NCBI GenBank assembly: GCA_965208575.1
Contig: CBDBOV010000005.1
Span: forward strand, 1,120,001 to 1,184,000
DNA length: 64,000 nt
Reading direction: 5' to 3'
DNA from: Spirochaetia bacterium
GTDB taxonomy: Bacteria > Spirochaetota > Spirochaetia > SZUA-6 > Bin103
Shown: in pieces, positions 61,659-64,000 of the stretch
Position numbering within the stretch: position 1 is the stretch's first letter
Layout of the letters: each line of letters begins with the position of its first letter
Translations under genes and position numbers: made by a program
The notes under the pieces: generated by a model
What the model was told of the DNA's origin: nothing
Databases searched by the model: none
The model's input: the letters and a program-made list of their open reading frames with translations, nothing else

Positions 61659-62129
61659 GGTACCTCAGCGCGGGCTCGCGGCCGCCCGAGGACACGCCGT
61701 GCGACCGCCGCCGGAAGCGCCGGCACCGCCGATCGGGTGAGATTTCATCGCCGCATCATAACCTGCAACGGCAGACCGTGGGCGGCATACCGCGAAGCCA
61801 CGTCCCGAGCATTCGCTCGGGCAAGGGTCAGACCGGCGGCCGCTGCGCTCGCGGTGTCCTTGCGGCCGGGTCTGCGGGGCGACTTTCGCGGCCCTGCGCC
61901 TTCTCTGTCCCGACCGGCGGGCGGCGCCGTCGTCATGGCCGTGAACACCAGCGTATGAGCGGGCACTCGGCAATCAGAGTATACACTCACAGCGAGATCA
62001 GGGCCGAGAAATCCTCGTCTTGGGCGCCTCAGGGGCGGATTTCGGCGGCAAAACCTGCACAGAGGGTCAAGAATGACGTGAAGCGGGTCGAAATAGACAA
62101 CGACGATAACCGGTGGATTCCGATCTGCA

Positions 62130-64000
62130 ATGATGAGCCGACACCACTCCCGGGGGACCGTAGACGCGGGAAAACGGCGATTGCCGCCTCTCGTGCGCGG
62201 CGCAACTAGTGCGCGCGCACCTGTTGCTCGCGCGATTGTTGCGCGCGCAGTTGCTGAACGTCGTGCGCACGGCGCACATGCCCCGGATTCGCCGGTCACA
62301 GCCTCGACCGGCACCCTCGCCAGGTCTGCGGCCACCACGTTCGAGGCCGCCCGGCGCGTGTGCGCAGCGCTGGTCGTCCTGGCCGCGTTCCTCGCTGCGG
62401 TTGCGCCAGCCGTTGCCGAGCCGGTCGAAGCCACCGGTGAGGCGGCTGTCTTGCGCGCCGTCGAACGGACCGATGAGATGCCGCGCCACCCTTCTGCCGT
62501 CGCCGAGGGACCCACACGTGTCGTCCTGTCGTGGCTGGCTCCCGCGGCTGCCGACGCAGCGGCGATTACCGGCTATGGCATCCAGTTTTCCGATGACGGC
62601 GGCGCCCACTGGGCCATGCTGCCCTCGGTTGACCGGCGCATCACCTCGTTCGTCCACACCGTGGGGCTGCGCCCGAATGCCTCGCTTCTCTATCGCGTCT
62701 TCTCCATCAGCGAGGAGGGGGCGGGTCCGGCAGCGGTCGTGAGCGCCGCCACGCCGGCCCTGGCGATGCCGCGGATTGTCGACGTGAAGGTCACCACCGA
62801 CGAAGGTACCACCCGCTGGTATCCGCCGCGGCGCAACATCGTCGTGACGGTGCGGTTCGACCAGGCGGTGTCCGTGCACACCGAGCTTGGCACTCCGCGG
62901 GTGATCCTCACGTTGGGGCGCCCGCCGCACCGCCAGTCGGGATACGCGAGTGATTACTCGGGCGGTTCGGGTACCGATCGGCTGACCTTCCGCTACCCGG
63001 CAGACTGGAGTCAGGACCTGCGCGACGTCGAGATCGGCCCCGACGCCCTGCACCGGAGCGGTGCCCGCATCACCAACGTCCACGCCAGCCACGGCGCGAG
63101 CCTGGCGCACGGCCCGGCGACGCTCCGGGAACTCGACCAAGTAGATCCTCGGTCCGACACTGTCCTGGTGATGGGCACGCACCCGCCGACTCCGGCTCCG
63201 GCGAGTCCCGATCCGGACCTGCGGATTGCCGAGATTGCGAGGTACGACTCGAGCGGCAGCTCGGGGGTCGCGGCCATGCTCACCGCCGCCGGCGCGCTGG
63301 TCGCCCGAACCGAGCTCTCGCGCCAGTTGGAGCTGGCCGCCCGAGACGAGACCGCGCGCCAAGTGGAGCTGGCCGACGGGCGAGGGGAGCTGGAGCGCAC
63401 CAGCGATTCGACTTCCGGTGCGGGCCGCGACAGTTCACTTGCAGAGGTGGCCGTGGGTCTTGGCAACGGCGTTGGACGCCGCGCCGCAGCCAACGCCCCC
63501 AGGGCGCTCAGGCTGAGTTCCTATGGCTTGACGCAAACGAGAGTCACCCTCTTCTGGTACGGCATCGGCCAAGGCGGGGATCCTGACGACTATCTGATCG
63601 AATACTCCGACGATGCGGGTACGACGTGGGTGAATCTGCTTGGCTACGATGACCAGGACAACGACGTCTACCGTCCTGCTTCCGAGGGCAGGCAGTACGA
63701 AGACACCGGCATCGCGCCCGGAACCAGCCGCTCCTATCGCGTCACGGCGCGCAACAGCGGCGGGGTCAGGACGTCGAACGAGTTGAGCATAACGACGAAG
63801 CAGATGGTGGCCGTTCCTGCATGTGCGGGCGCCGTCTGGTCCACGGAAATCAGCGTGGGAACGCACCAGAACGGCTCCGAGGGATTCACCAAGGATGCCG
63901 GCACGTCCTCGAACTTCGGCTCAGTCAACGACGCCGACTTCGCGTTCCGCGGAGCCACGCATGTCTTGGTGCAGGCGTACTTCATCAAGGACAGGCCGGG
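62130..64000 (+). CDS. Fibronectin type III domain surface protein (partial, runs off the window)
   Basis: Frame translated by hand from ATG 62130 (not in the ORF track): signal-like segment, FnIII motifs LSW.AP..ITGY.IQ.S.DGG..W and YRV.ARN, and GGSGT..LTFRY. Confidence 0.85.
   Translation, partial: MMSRHHSRGTVDAGKRRLPPLVRGATSARAPVARAIVARAVAERRAHGAHAPDSPVTASTGTLARSAATTFEAARRVCAALVVLAAFLAAVAPAVAEPVEATGEAAVLRAVERTDEMPRHPSAVAEGPTRVVLSWLAPAAADAAAITGYGIQFSDDGGAHWAMLPSVDRRITSFVHTVGLRPNASLLYRVFSISEEGAGPAAVVSAATPALAMPRIVDVKVTTDEGTTRWYPPRRNIVVTVRFDQAVSVHTELGTPRVILTLGRPPHRQSGYASDYSGGSGTDRLTFRYPADWSQDLRDVEIGPDALHRSGARITNVHASHGASLAHGPATLRELDQVDPRSDTVLVMGTHPPTPAPASPDPDLRIAEIARYDSSGSSGVAAMLTAAGALVARTELSRQLELAARDETARQVELADGRGELERTSDSTSGAGRDSSLAEVAVGLGNGVGRRAAANAPRALRLSSYGLTQTRVTLFWYGIGQGGDPDDYLIEYSDDAGTTWVNLLGYDDQDNDVYRPASEGRQYEDTGIAPGTSRSYRVTARNSGGVRTSNELSITTKQMVAVPACAGAVWSTEISVGTHQNGSEGFTKDAGTSSNFGSVNDADFAFRGATHVLVQAYFIKDRP

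Noticed and set aside
62040-62100. GGCAAAACC...GACG resembling a c-di-GMP-I riboswitch
   Set aside because: Lacks the GNRA-capped P2 stem and the GCAAAGCC...CTAA elements

Overview
High-GC bacterial chromosomal segment. A Spirochaetota affiliation is inferred from the amidase+GerMN pair, the orphan FliG paralogue and the lipoproteins; the FnIII and repeat surface proteins suggest a host-associated lifestyle. Recognisable loci are a complete V/A-type ATP synthase operon with a Na+-type K subunit and a structured leader, a sugar ABC transporter with two GH29 fucosidases, tRNA-Val(GAC), photolyase, ddl, Hsp33, a dual PPIase, and two intact IS elements (IS1634, IS1380) with target duplications. 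Several toxin-antitoxin/defence-like cassettes are also present: ABC-ATPase+DUF4276, an MNT-HEPN fusion, and decayed HipBA and DUF1016/PIN. The most unusual items are: (1) a two-gene operon of a class III cyclase lacking both metal-binding aspartates plus a KptA/ART-like domain fused to HEAT repeats; (2) a ~2490-aa lipoprotein made of 11 beta-rich repeat domains alternating with coiled-coil stalks; (3) a dispersed ~115-bp intergenic repeat in 4 copies with a covarying palindrome; (4) a candidate ion-sensing RNA leader of the ATPase operon. All family calls come from motif recognition by eye; no database searches were run.
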